Below, piece after piece: positions 1-8,385 of a DNA stretch of 64,000 nt (position 1 is the stretch's first letter; each line of letters opens with the position of its first letter). Source of the DNA: an uncultured Ignavibacteriales bacterium (GTDB taxonomy: Bacteria; Zixibacteria; MSB-5A5; GN15; FEB-12). Position numbers and translations under genes: made by a program. The notes below the pieces were generated by a model, which was given only the letters and a program-made list of their open reading frames with translations, had not been told where the DNA came from and searched no databases. Location of the stretch: contig CAZTBP010000013.1 in assembly GCA_964612145.1 (NCBI GenBank), positions 1 through 64,000 on the forward strand. The letters run 5' to 3'.

Positions 1-15
1 CACCAGGCGGCCTGA

Positions 16-450
16 TTATGAAACAATTTGTCTCATTTCTATTGACACATTCCAGGCGCCCGGGCTATTTGGGTGCTTTGTTCCCGTCCCGTTGCGAATA
101 GTAAAGCCGAGTAGTACCGACGTGCTATCTTCGCCCGCATTGAATGTAACTACGGTACCCGAGTCATTGTGCTGTGGATTGCTGCCATCTATAATCGAGC
201 TATCAATGTGAGCCAAATCTCCGGAGTGTACGAACTCACTGGACAACACGATTCCCTTACCCCGGAAGTGGATGTTTTCGAAATATGTACCGGGTGCAAC
301 CAGCACCGTATCTCCATCCATCGCCGCATCAATGGCAGCTTGTATCGTCGGCTGGTCGGCTGGAACATGAATAGTGGCAGCAGTAGTAAATGAAACGAAA
401 ATGCCCCACGTCAGAAGGCAGATAACAAGACGCATAAACTCTCCCCGCAT
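16..450 (-). CDS. Short secreted protein (144 aa) with a signal peptide and the N-terminal start of a right-handed beta-helix fold. Paralogous to the N-terminus of the 43020..44465 protein. Possibly a truncated gene or pseudogene remnant.
   Basis: Signal peptide MRLVICLLTWGIFVSFTTAA. The motif TIHVPADQPTIQAAIDAAMDGDTVLVAPGTY matches TIRVPADQPNIQAAVDACDGDDTVLIADGIY of the 43020 protein. The ORF stops after 144 aa, whereas the paralog is 481 aa. Confidence 0.4.
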   Translation of the reverse strand: MRGEFMRLVICLLTWGIFVSFTTAATIHVPADQPTIQAAIDAAMDGDTVLVAPGTYFENIHFRGKGIVLSSEFVHSGDLAHIDSSIIDGSNPQHNDSGTVVTFNAGEDSTSVLLGFTIRNGTGTKHPNSPGAWNVSIEMRQIVS

Positions 451-1019
451 GTTTAGATTGGTCGGAACTGCTCCAAGATAACAGAATCGACAGATTTGTC
501 AACGGTCAGATTCCTTGGCTGGATTCCTTGACAGCCGCCCGATTCTGCCCGATATTGCAAGTCCTCAAGGCCCCGCTGGTCCCCCTCCCGTGTGCTCAAG
601 CCCAACCAGCGGGGCCGTCCTTTGCCTGAACGTGGAGACCAGAGGGACTTCGAAGCCGATGTGGAACCTGATCTACCTCTGGTGAGTGCCGCGAATACTC
701 AGTAGAATCGATTGTCGAGAACTTGTCCCGACGGTCCAGGCGGAAATGCAAACTTTGACGTTTGGTCAACAATCTAAGACTTTAGAGTGCAAGTTGTTAG
801 TAAAACGACTGTGCCAGTTCGCCAACTACCAACTACCTGCATAACAACTGAAAAATCACTTGCTATCAGCGACGGGAAAGGCGATATTATGCCTCAGGAA
901 AAGGCTTGTCTTGTGTGCTGGCTCAATCAAAGTGCACTCGCAGGGTAGCCAAACTTTTGATATTCGGGACAATTTCTGCCTTGGTATTGAGGTAGGAGAC
1001 ATTGCCGGAGATACATTGA

Positions 1020-1292
1020 GTGAATGGTGAAGGGACCTTCGTTGCTTTTCTAATCGTGTTCGCGGGTATCCCCCTTATGGGCATGTTCCTGTTGCACTTG
1101 TTATTGGGCGACAAGGCGTATCAAATCTTTAAGGCTCATGCGGCAATTGCCCTTATTCGTTTTTTAGTCCTCGCTCCGATTAAAGTCGTGGCGTACTTTT
1201 TTAAGGTCATATTTGAAGCTTGGGTAAAGTACAAATCGAGCTTTGTTGCGTCGGGAGCTTCGTTTCTGCAGTTCTTGAAAAAGTTAATTTGA
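1020..1292 (+). CDS. Small hydrophobic membrane protein (90 aa), hypothetical
   Basis: ORF with two predicted TM helices in an AT-rich 850-bp otherwise non-coding stretch. No recognisable homology. Confidence 0.2.
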   Translation: MNGEGTFVAFLIVFAGIPLMGMFLLHLLLGDKAYQIFKAHAAIALIRFLVLAPIKVVAYFFKVIFEAWVKYKSSFVASGASFLQFLKKLI

Positions 1293-1314
1293 CTCTATCT
1301 TGTGGAGAAAACGT

Positions 1315-1983
1315 ATGGTAAAGGATAGAACAGTCGATCTGAAGTCCAATAACAAAGAAAAGAAGCACGAGGACAATCCCCATCCCGAAGGCCATGTTGA
1401 TAACATGCCGTCAAACCAAAATAAGGATAATTCCGTTGAGCGTAACAGAAGTAGCGAAGTTCTCGATCTGCTGGAGAAGCTGTACTGCCTTACCGAGAAG
1501 AACCAAACTTCAGTAGCCGCAGTCGCGGCAAATATGGAGCAATCCAGTAAGCAAGGAGACTTGATAAAGAGCTTGTTTGCTAAGGTGGATTCATTAGAAC
1601 GAGATACGGTATTTCGCGACAGAATCCGGCCCGTACTCCTCGACATGATCCGACTTTATGATCGCGTTGAATTGATGTGCGGTGAGATAGCAGAACCTGT
1701 CGCTGATAACGAGGCGCTTAGTGTTCGGTTAAACAGCATTCGGAGCGAGTTATCTCAGATCCTGAAACGAAATGGTGTTGAGGAGCTCGATGTGTTGCAC
1801 AGGCCATTTGATGAATCTTTCAGCGAGGCGGCAGACAAAAAGCGGGTAAACGACCCGGCGTTACATATGAAGACAGTTGAGGTCTTAAGAAAGGCCTTTT
1901 TGTGCCATGGGCGATTGCTTAGACCAGCATTGGTACTGGTCGGCGAGTGCAAACCTGAGAACGGAGATGTGTCGGATGAGTAA
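1315..1983 (+). CDS. grpE: GrpE-like nucleotide exchange factor
   Basis: C-terminal GrpE signatures VNDPALHMKTVEV (DPxxHxA) and RKAFLCHGRLLRPALVLVGE (GYxLxxRxLRPAxVxV). GGAG lies 7 nt upstream of the ATG at 1315. The stop overlaps the Hsp70 start by 8 nt. Confidence 0.6.
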   Translation: MVKDRTVDLKSNNKEKKHEDNPHPEGHVDNMPSNQNKDNSVERNRSSEVLDLLEKLYCLTEKNQTSVAAVAANMEQSSKQGDLIKSLFAKVDSLERDTVFRDRIRPVLLDMIRLYDRVELMCGEIAEPVADNEALSVRLNSIRSELSQILKRNGVEELDVLHRPFDESFSEAADKKRVNDPALHMKTVEVLRKAFLCHGRLLRPALVLVGECKPENGDVSDE

Positions 1984-3502
1984 AGTGCTTGGAATCGATT
2001 TGGGCACAACAAACTGTTGTATGGCGGTTCTGAATGAATATGGTCGGCCCAAAGTGATTACTAACTCTGAAGGGCACAACACTACTCCTTCCGTAGTGCT
2101 ATTTCGGGGCGAGGAGCGAGTCGTTGGTGTACGGGCGAAGCGAGCACGGGTTGCTCAGGCAAATAATGTCGCCATGCTTATGAAGAGGTATATACTCAAA
2201 GAACATTGGCGGTTCATCGGACCTGATGGCAAAGAATACTCTCCTGAAGAGCTGTCCGCTATAGTGCTTCGGAAACTGAAACAGGATGCAGAAAAGGCCC
2301 TCGGTGAAGAAATCAAACAAGCTGTTATAACAGTACCTGCATATTTTGGCGATTTGGAGAGGAATCGAACAAAAGCCGCGGGCGAAATGGCCGGGTTAGA
2401 CGTCCTGCGGATAATAAACGAGCCAACCGCAGCAGCTTTGGCCTATGGGCTCGATCAAGCCGAAAGCGAACAGACAATCCTCGTCTACGATCTGGGTGGG
2501 GGGACATTCGATGTGACGATTATGAAAGTAACCGGTTCAAAAATCCAGGTTATCACATCCGGTGGGAACAAGTCTCTCGGGGGAGCCGATTTCGATCAAG
2601 CGATTGTTGAGCATATGAAGGAGCAGTTCATTGCCACACACCAAGTTGACCCAACCAAGGGGGGCGAGAGTCTAGGCGTTTTACAGGACTTTCTGGATAA
2701 GGCTGAACAAGCCAAATTTGACTTGTCAGCAGATACAGAAACAGATATAAACCTTTCGGCAGAAGGGCAAGTACTTGATCTCAACCTGAATAGGCAAACG
2801 TTTGAGTCTCTTATCGCAAATTACATCGAAGAAACTAAGGGCTATATGGACCAGGCACTAAGCGATGCGAGTATGACCTGGGGCGATATAGACCGCGTAT
2901 TGCTTGTTGGGGGGTCTGTGAGAATACCGGCAGTCAAGAAGATGGTAGAAGAGGCTTCGGGCAAGACAGCTGAAGGTGGAGTCAATCCGGACGAAATCGT
3001 TGCCGAAGGCGCGGCAATTGTCGGGGCTTCTGAGGTAGGTCAAACCATCCGTAAAGAAACTGGAGAAGAGGTGTCGGGGCTCGAAGTAAGAGATGTTACC
3101 GCACACTCGTTCGGCGTCAAAGCAAAAGAAGGGGGAGCACATGTGAACTCGATAATCCTTCCGAAGGACACTTCGATTCCGGCCTCCCGTACGCGAAACT
3201 TCACGACCCCTGAAGATAACCAGACATCAGTGGAGATTATAGTTCTCGAGGGTGAAGAGTTAGACCCCGATCTTTGCGAACAGCTGGGTGCGCTCCATAT
3301 CGAGGGACTTCCGCCTAAACCGAAAGGTGTACCCAAAATCGAAGTAACCATGACTTATACGAGAGAGGCCATCATTCAGGTTACTGCCCGGGAGCTAACC
3401 ACCGGCCTTGAAATCAAGGGTGAAGTAAAGGGGTCAGGACGGACTACAGCTGCAGACATTGCAGCCGTTCAGGGGGATATTGAAAAACTAAAAATCAAAT
3501 AG
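1976..3502 (+). CDS. Hsp70-family ATPase of about 508 aa that lacks the helical lid (HscC-like non-canonical Hsp70)
   Basis: Hsp70 motifs are present: VLGIDLGTTNCCMAV, ITVPAYFGDLERNRTKAAGEMAGLDVLRIINEPTAAALAYG and VYDLGGGTFDVTIM. The protein ends right after the SBD-beta region (about 508 aa versus about 640 for DnaK). The ATG at 1976 gives the canonical N-terminus MSKVLGIDLG. Confidence 0.85.
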   Translation: MSKVLGIDLGTTNCCMAVLNEYGRPKVITNSEGHNTTPSVVLFRGEERVVGVRAKRARVAQANNVAMLMKRYILKEHWRFIGPDGKEYSPEELSAIVLRKLKQDAEKALGEEIKQAVITVPAYFGDLERNRTKAAGEMAGLDVLRIINEPTAAALAYGLDQAESEQTILVYDLGGGTFDVTIMKVTGSKIQVITSGGNKSLGGADFDQAIVEHMKEQFIATHQVDPTKGGESLGVLQDFLDKAEQAKFDLSADTETDINLSAEGQVLDLNLNRQTFESLIANYIEETKGYMDQALSDASMTWGDIDRVLLVGGSVRIPAVKKMVEEASGKTAEGGVNPDEIVAEGAAIVGASEVGQTIRKETGEEVSGLEVRDVTAHSFGVKAKEGGAHVNSIILPKDTSIPASRTRNFTTPEDNQTSVEIIVLEGEELDPDLCEQLGALHIEGLPPKPKGVPKIEVTMTYTREAIIQVTARELTTGLEIKGEVKGSGRTTAADIAAVQGDIEKLKIK

Positions 3503-3518
3503 TGTAAGGCAGACCTAT

Positions 3519-4352
3519 ATGTCGCGTGAGTATCTTCGACGAATCGGTCTTCCGTCATCGGCCACAGAAAAGCAGATCGAAAATCGCATGACCGAACTGA
3601 TTCGCAAGCTGCAGAATAAACTCAATAGCCCTGTTATCTCGCATCGCGATCAAATTGAGAAGGAACTTGAAGAGTTGTTTCAGATTCGTGCCGCTCTGCG
3701 GGTTGGAAATAAAGAGGCTGGGTTGCAAGACGACGAAGAGAATTCTTCGTCCGATGAGAGCCTCGAGATATCTTATGGGGAGTTAACCGAAGGACTGGGA
3801 ATTGAGGAAAACTGTGAACCCTCAACTTCCAATGTTGGCTTGCTAATCGATACCTCTGGTAGCATGTCTGGCACAAAGCTGAAGGATGCCAAAATTGCGC
3901 TGGAGTCCTTTCTGAGTAACCTTGATGGCAACCAGATTATGGTTGGGCTCGCGGAATTTGGCAATACCATAAGTGTGGTTAGTGATCAAACATCCGAATT
4001 GGACCGGGTCAGGTCATCTATTGGCGAGCTTGTTTGTGGTGGAAGCACACCGCTATATGAGACTCTTGAGCTGGCTAGTAGCAAATGGTCATCCTTCTTG
4101 GGACAGAGTTTTTTATTCATTGTCGCGACAGACGGCCATCCTAACGGTTCCACTGAGCGCATTCTATCTCTCGCCGAGGAGATTAAAGAGCGGGGGGTTA
4201 GATTTATTACAATTGGCATCGGTTCCGATGTTAACGTCAAATTTCTGCAGGATTTGGCATCTACTCCAGAGGATTATTACTTTGCAGAGGCTAGTATACA
4301 ATTAGAGAGCATTTATCGACAAATTTCAGATGGGCTTGCGAGTTTAGACTAG
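3519..4352 (+). CDS. von Willebrand factor A (vWA/MIDAS) domain protein with an N-terminal degenerate J-like helical domain
   Basis: MIDAS motif LLIDTSGSMSG plus downstream GGSTPLYETL and ATDGHPNG. Residues 1-60 (EYLRRIGLPSSATEKQIENRMTELIRKL...SHRDQIEKELEELFQIRAAL) resemble J-domain helices II and III, with HRD in place of HPD. Confidence 0.65.
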   Translation: MSREYLRRIGLPSSATEKQIENRMTELIRKLQNKLNSPVISHRDQIEKELEELFQIRAALRVGNKEAGLQDDEENSSSDESLEISYGELTEGLGIEENCEPSTSNVGLLIDTSGSMSGTKLKDAKIALESFLSNLDGNQIMVGLAEFGNTISVVSDQTSELDRVRSSIGELVCGGSTPLYETLELASSKWSSFLGQSFLFIVATDGHPNGSTERILSLAEEIKERGVRFITIGIGSDVNVKFLQDLASTPEDYYFAEASIQLESIYRQISDGLASLD

Positions 4353-4370
4353 ATAAGGGAAACGATCGCT

Positions 4371-6521
4371 ATGGGTAAGTTCATAGACTATTTTGCGGAG
4401 CTCAACGAGGCGAAACTGCAGGGTGTTGGCAAGCTGATTCTGCGGTTAGATGCTAGACAGACAAACTTGGAGATTATAGAGAAGATCAAAATTCGACTAG
4501 GCAATAATCCCAGTAAACAGGCTGAGTATCTGCAGGGGCTTGCTCGAGAAGCTCGACCCATTTTCGAGGATAATAAGAAATACGCGGATTACTTTAAAGC
4601 GTATATTAGTTATGTGATTGAGACAAAGGTTAAAGAGGCACTTCTTGACGGGGAAGTTTCGCAAAAGGAGCTATCGATAATAGTTCAAGCAGCACGTGAG
4701 TTAGGTGAGTCAGATGAAAAGACTATAAAAACAATAAAAGATCTTGTCGAGGATGCGCATGGCATCATTGAAGATCCTCGGTCGGATGGGGGAAGAGAAT
4801 TTAGCACGCCATCCCGCAGTAAGTTCACGGACTATTTTGCTGAGCTAAATGGTGCCAAACTCGCTGGTATTAGCAAGCTGGTTCCAAAGTTGGATGCTAG
4901 ACTTACCAATTTGGAAATTATTGGGAAAATGAAGATTCGATTAGGTAATAATCCTAGTAAGCAAGCTGAGTACTTGCAGGGACTTGCGCGGGAGGCGCGT
5001 CTTATTTTCGAGGACGATAAGAAATACAGGGAGTACTTGATAGCTTACGTTGGATATGTGATTGAGACGAAGGTTCAATGGGCACTCGGCCTGGACGGAA
5101 AAATATCGCAAGAGGAACTGTCTATAATAATCCAGTCGGCACGAGACTTAGGCGTGTCCCATGAAGTTGCTTTAAAGACAATAAAAGTCCTTGTTAAGAA
5201 CGCAGGCGGTACCATTGAAAGCCCTGGGTCTGGGGGGAGAAGAGAATTTGGGAAGCCACCTCCAAAAACTCAGCCACAACCGAAAGCGCCACCGCAGCCT
5301 GGCGCCGGACAGAGGCAGCAATCGGGTGCCGGAGCGGGGTCGTCAACATCCGGTTCAGGAACGACCTTCGGTTTAGACAACTTGACCCCGGTCGAGAAGG
5401 CTAACATAGCCACCAGTATCGCTGGAACGCTTGGATTGCTCTACGTTCTTCTCAAAGTCACCTGGGTACCGCTGAATTGGTGGGGATTGCTGATTCCTGC
5501 GATCGCAGCGATTATCTCTATCAAAAATGCGAATTTGCCCGTGAAGAGGCACGCATGGAGCCTGGTAGCAATTCTATTCTTGTATTTCTGGAATGCTGCT
5601 CTACTATTAGTGCTCCTACCGACTTTTCTCCTTTGGCACTGGAGTCCAGTAATCTTCGCAAAGCTGAAACTGAAGCCGTCATATGTCTGGATTTTGCCCA
5701 TTGTCCTCTGCCTCGGCGTATATTCAACGTCATACGCAGTTAAACGTGTTCCCAGGAGAACCAGTAACATGGGATTTGTACAGCCAGCACCTAAACCTCC
5801 AGTCCAGCAGCAAGCTCCGCGGCAAGAGCGAAATACGCAAAATCGACCGGCGCAGACCAAGCCTGTGCCACAGTCATCCTCGGGCCAGTCACAACCGACT
5901 CAGACACGAAGGTCACAAACCACTTCGCCTCCCACGAACACGGTGAAGACAACAAAACCACCGACAACATCGGTGCCGCCAAAGACACAGGAGCCTAAGC
6001 CCCCAGCGACACGTACTCAGCCGAAGTCGGTTACATATGTATTCAATGCAGACAGCAGTGCATTCGAGCTATACTCGTCCGAGGGGATTCAAGGGACCGG
6101 AATAGTCGTCAACCAGGGTGACAGTATCATTATTGATGTTAGCGATAAGACGACTGTGGTTTGGAGTGAGGGCGAAGACCCGGTTGGGCCGGCCGGTTCG
6201 TCAGCCATCGCGTTGAGTCGAAATAATGGGACGGAGTTTTTAATTCCACAATCGCCATGCGGTGCCGTCATCGGTAGAATCGGTCAGGCAGGCAAGTGGT
6301 TCTGCATTGGACAGAAGTATCGTGCGCAAGCTGATAGAGAGGGCGAGCTTTTCTTGACAATCAATGACCGGCCGAACGGATTTGCTGACAATTTTGGCTT
6401 TTTCGGACTAAGTATAATCGTCAAGAGAAGGGTACCAAAGACTGCCAGCCTATTCGCTCCGGATTCAAAGCACGTCTTCGCGCAGGACGTTGAAATTTAC
6501 GAGATTAGGGGTGCAATTTGA
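4371..6521 (+). CDS. Multidomain membrane protein with 2x TerB-like about 148-aa tandem repeats (cytoplasmic), a PGS-rich linker, 4-5 TM helices, a P/T/Q-rich linker and a C-terminal PA-IL/LecA-like lectin domain
   Basis: Two about 75%-identical repeats, KFIDYFAELN...ELSIIVQAARELGES and KFTDYFAELN...ELSIIIQSARDLGVS. A hydrophobic block lies at aa 340-455. The C-terminus (GDSIIIDVSDKTTVVWSEG...GAVIGRIGQAG...NDRPNGFADNFGFFGLSI) parallels LecA (DVITIVAAGWASYGP...GALVMKIGNSG...NDVPGTYGNNSGSFSV). Confidence 0.6.
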   Translation: MGKFIDYFAELNEAKLQGVGKLILRLDARQTNLEIIEKIKIRLGNNPSKQAEYLQGLAREARPIFEDNKKYADYFKAYISYVIETKVKEALLDGEVSQKELSIIVQAARELGESDEKTIKTIKDLVEDAHGIIEDPRSDGGREFSTPSRSKFTDYFAELNGAKLAGISKLVPKLDARLTNLEIIGKMKIRLGNNPSKQAEYLQGLAREARLIFEDDKKYREYLIAYVGYVIETKVQWALGLDGKISQEELSIIIQSARDLGVSHEVALKTIKVLVKNAGGTIESPGSGGRREFGKPPPKTQPQPKAPPQPGAGQRQQSGAGAGSSTSGSGTTFGLDNLTPVEKANIATSIAGTLGLLYVLLKVTWVPLNWWGLLIPAIAAIISIKNANLPVKRHAWSLVAILFLYFWNAALLLVLLPTFLLWHWSPVIFAKLKLKPSYVWILPIVLCLGVYSTSYAVKRVPRRTSNMGFVQPAPKPPVQQQAPRQERNTQNRPAQTKPVPQSSSGQSQPTQTRRSQTTSPPTNTVKTTKPPTTSVPPKTQEPKPPATRTQPKSVTYVFNADSSAFELYSSEGIQGTGIVVNQGDSIIIDVSDKTTVVWSEGEDPVGPAGSSAIALSRNNGTEFLIPQSPCGAVIGRIGQAGKWFCIGQKYRAQADREGELFLTINDRPNGFADNFGFFGLSIIVKRRVPKTASLFAPDSKHVFAQDVEIYEIRGAI
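4377..5264. repeat. In-frame tandem duplication (2 x 444 bp) that encodes the two TerB-like repeats
   Basis: DNA and protein near-identity between 4377-4820 and 4821-5264. Example pair: gcaataatcccagtaaacaggctgagtatctgcagggg versus gtaataatcctagtaagcaagctgagtacttgcaggga. Confidence 0.8.
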
Positions 6522-6740
6522 TTCGTCAACAGTGACTAAACGTTCACAGTTTTTGACTGGAGTGTTAACGCAGGTGCAAATAGACACCAAATGTCAGTAC
6601 GCAGGGCATTAGATAGGACCTCTTCTCAGACGGAGAACATGTCCCTTTGCGTAACGTCGCACATGACAGATAAAGTCTATGTGCTTGCCACAAAGAAACG
6701 TCGACTGAGTAGATACACATACATCTGGAGGCATGGTCTC

Positions 6741-7937
6741 ATGAAGTACTTACGGGTCTTCGCCCTGTTCTGTCTGGTTCTTTCATACGCTGGATGCGGT
6801 GGTCCTAAAACGCTACGAGCACCAGTTCCTTATGAAAGTCAGAACGAATATACCGTCGATGATGTCATCACGGAAATGGTAACTGAAGCCTGCAGTCGCT
6901 TGCAGACAGAAGGGGCTAAAGGGAGGGTTGCTCTCCTGGACTGCTACAGTGCGTCGGGCAAATCTACCTCCTTGGAGGGCCGCATAAGTAATGTTCTTCT
7001 CGCAAAGTTTAGTGAATGTGCTACATCCGGAAGAACTTCTTTTAGCATTGTTCAGCCTCAAGTTATCGCATCCAATATGGCAGCACTTGATCTGTCGGCT
7101 CGAGCCGCGAATATCAAAAATAACGCTGACACGTGGAAGAGACTGGGGGTCCAAATGGTGGCCTCATGTCGTTGGCTACCGAATCCAAACGAGTCAATCA
7201 AGGTAATCTTTGAGTTTTTCGATGTAAGTTCGGGCGGACGACAAATTTTCACTATTGAGAGAACTCTGGAAAAAGATGACGATCTTCGAAAACTGCTCGG
7301 TGAAAAATTGCCCGGAATGCTCATAGTCGAATCGGAAACCGCCGGGTCGAGGGTGTACGTCGACGGCGAATTTAAGGGCGAGATAACTTCTGATCCGATA
7401 TCATTTGAAGTTCCCTACGGTACACACAGTCTCCGAATTGACCGGTCAGGGCACAAGTCCTTCTCTAAGAGTGTGACGATCGAAGAACGAGAGTCAGAAT
7501 ACCTGAAGGTGAAATTCACGCAGTCGCATCTGGCTCCAATGAATTCCGCCCTCTTGAGTGCGTTACTACCCGGCCTAGCATTGGCGGTCTATGGTCCGGA
7601 AGCTAAGGACAACGTTGCTTCGGCTTCTCACGGCATCGCAGCGGCGTTATTCTACACGGCTGCAATTTGCTGGGTGGTAGATGAAAGCAAAGACGATCCA
7701 TTCTTGACGCGCGACAATGACGACCGGTATAAAACTATCAAGAATATTGAGTTGTACACAGCGCTTGGCGCATATGTGGGCAATATAATTACTGGTTGGT
7801 TCGTTGGTAACGAGTACCGGAAGGAAACAAAAAGGGGGGTAGAGATCATGGCTCAAGAAATTCCGGACAGGCTGATCTTCTATGCAGATCGTAGCCACAA
7901 CGGCGACATGATTTTGAAGGTTGGCCTTAAATTCTAA
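6741..7937 (+). CDS. Lipoprotein with a PEGA domain and a C-terminal hydrophobic region
   Basis: Start at 6741 gives MKYLRVFALFCLVLSYAGCGG, a lipobox. The PEGA motif is LIVESETAGSRVYVDGEFKGEITSDPISFEVPYGTHSLRIDRSGHKSF. TM-like segments follow near aa 300-400 (LLSALLPGLALAVYG, AAALFYTAAICWVV). The 150-nt upstream extension in the ORF track has no support. Confidence 0.55.
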   Translation: MKYLRVFALFCLVLSYAGCGGPKTLRAPVPYESQNEYTVDDVITEMVTEACSRLQTEGAKGRVALLDCYSASGKSTSLEGRISNVLLAKFSECATSGRTSFSIVQPQVIASNMAALDLSARAANIKNNADTWKRLGVQMVASCRWLPNPNESIKVIFEFFDVSSGGRQIFTIERTLEKDDDLRKLLGEKLPGMLIVESETAGSRVYVDGEFKGEITSDPISFEVPYGTHSLRIDRSGHKSFSKSVTIEERESEYLKVKFTQSHLAPMNSALLSALLPGLALAVYGPEAKDNVASASHGIAAALFYTAAICWVVDESKDDPFLTRDNDDRYKTIKNIELYTALGAYVGNIITGWFVGNEYRKETKRGVEIMAQEIPDRLIFYADRSHNGDMILKVGLKF

Positions 7938-7954
7938 AAAAGTAGGTATCAGTA

Positions 7955-8323
7955 ATGAAACACATAGCTCTATTATTGGTATTGGCTCTGATGGCGAGTT
8001 TTCAAGGCTGTGCGAGTATCTTGTCTTCAGACACAGAGGTAGTTGGAGTGGCTAGATTGGAAGGTGCTCCTAGCAATGGTCATGGCGGGATACTTATCAG
8101 TAATGGACACGTAAGCGCCATTTCAGCATCAGACGGTACATTCACCCTATCGGGTCAGGTTCTCAAAGACACTGATTTCGATGTTATATTCTCAAAAGAC
8201 GGATACATATCTCAGGTGGTCAATATCTTCATCGATTATGCACCGGGAGATGATTCGGATGAGGACGATGGTCCCCTCGTAGTAGATGTTGGTACTGTTA
8301 CCTTGCCCTTGCAAAGTAAGTGA
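7955..8323 (+). CDS. Small lipoprotein with a carboxypeptidase-regulatory-like beta-sandwich domain
   Basis: Lipobox MASFQGCAS. The motif GILISNGHVSAISASDGTFTLSGQV resembles CarbopepD_reg. Confidence 0.45.
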   Translation: MKHIALLLVLALMASFQGCASILSSDTEVVGVARLEGAPSNGHGGILISNGHVSAISASDGTFTLSGQVLKDTDFDVIFSKDGYISQVVNIFIDYAPGDDSDEDDGPLVVDVGTVTLPLQSK

Positions 8324-8385
8324 TACTTACGATCTGTGGCATTCAATAGTATTGGTGAAGAGTCAGCTATAATTGGATATCTCCC

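Noticed and set aside
1907-1975. N-terminal extension of the Hsp70 ORF (MGDCLDQHWYW...)
   Set aside because: It overlaps the GrpE 3' end. The canonical Hsp70 N-terminus MSKVLGIDLGTT starts at the ATG at 1976.
6591-6740. N-terminal extension of the PEGA lipoprotein ORF
   Set aside because: The internal Met at 6741 gives a textbook lipoprotein signal peptide and lipobox. The upstream 50 aa have no features.
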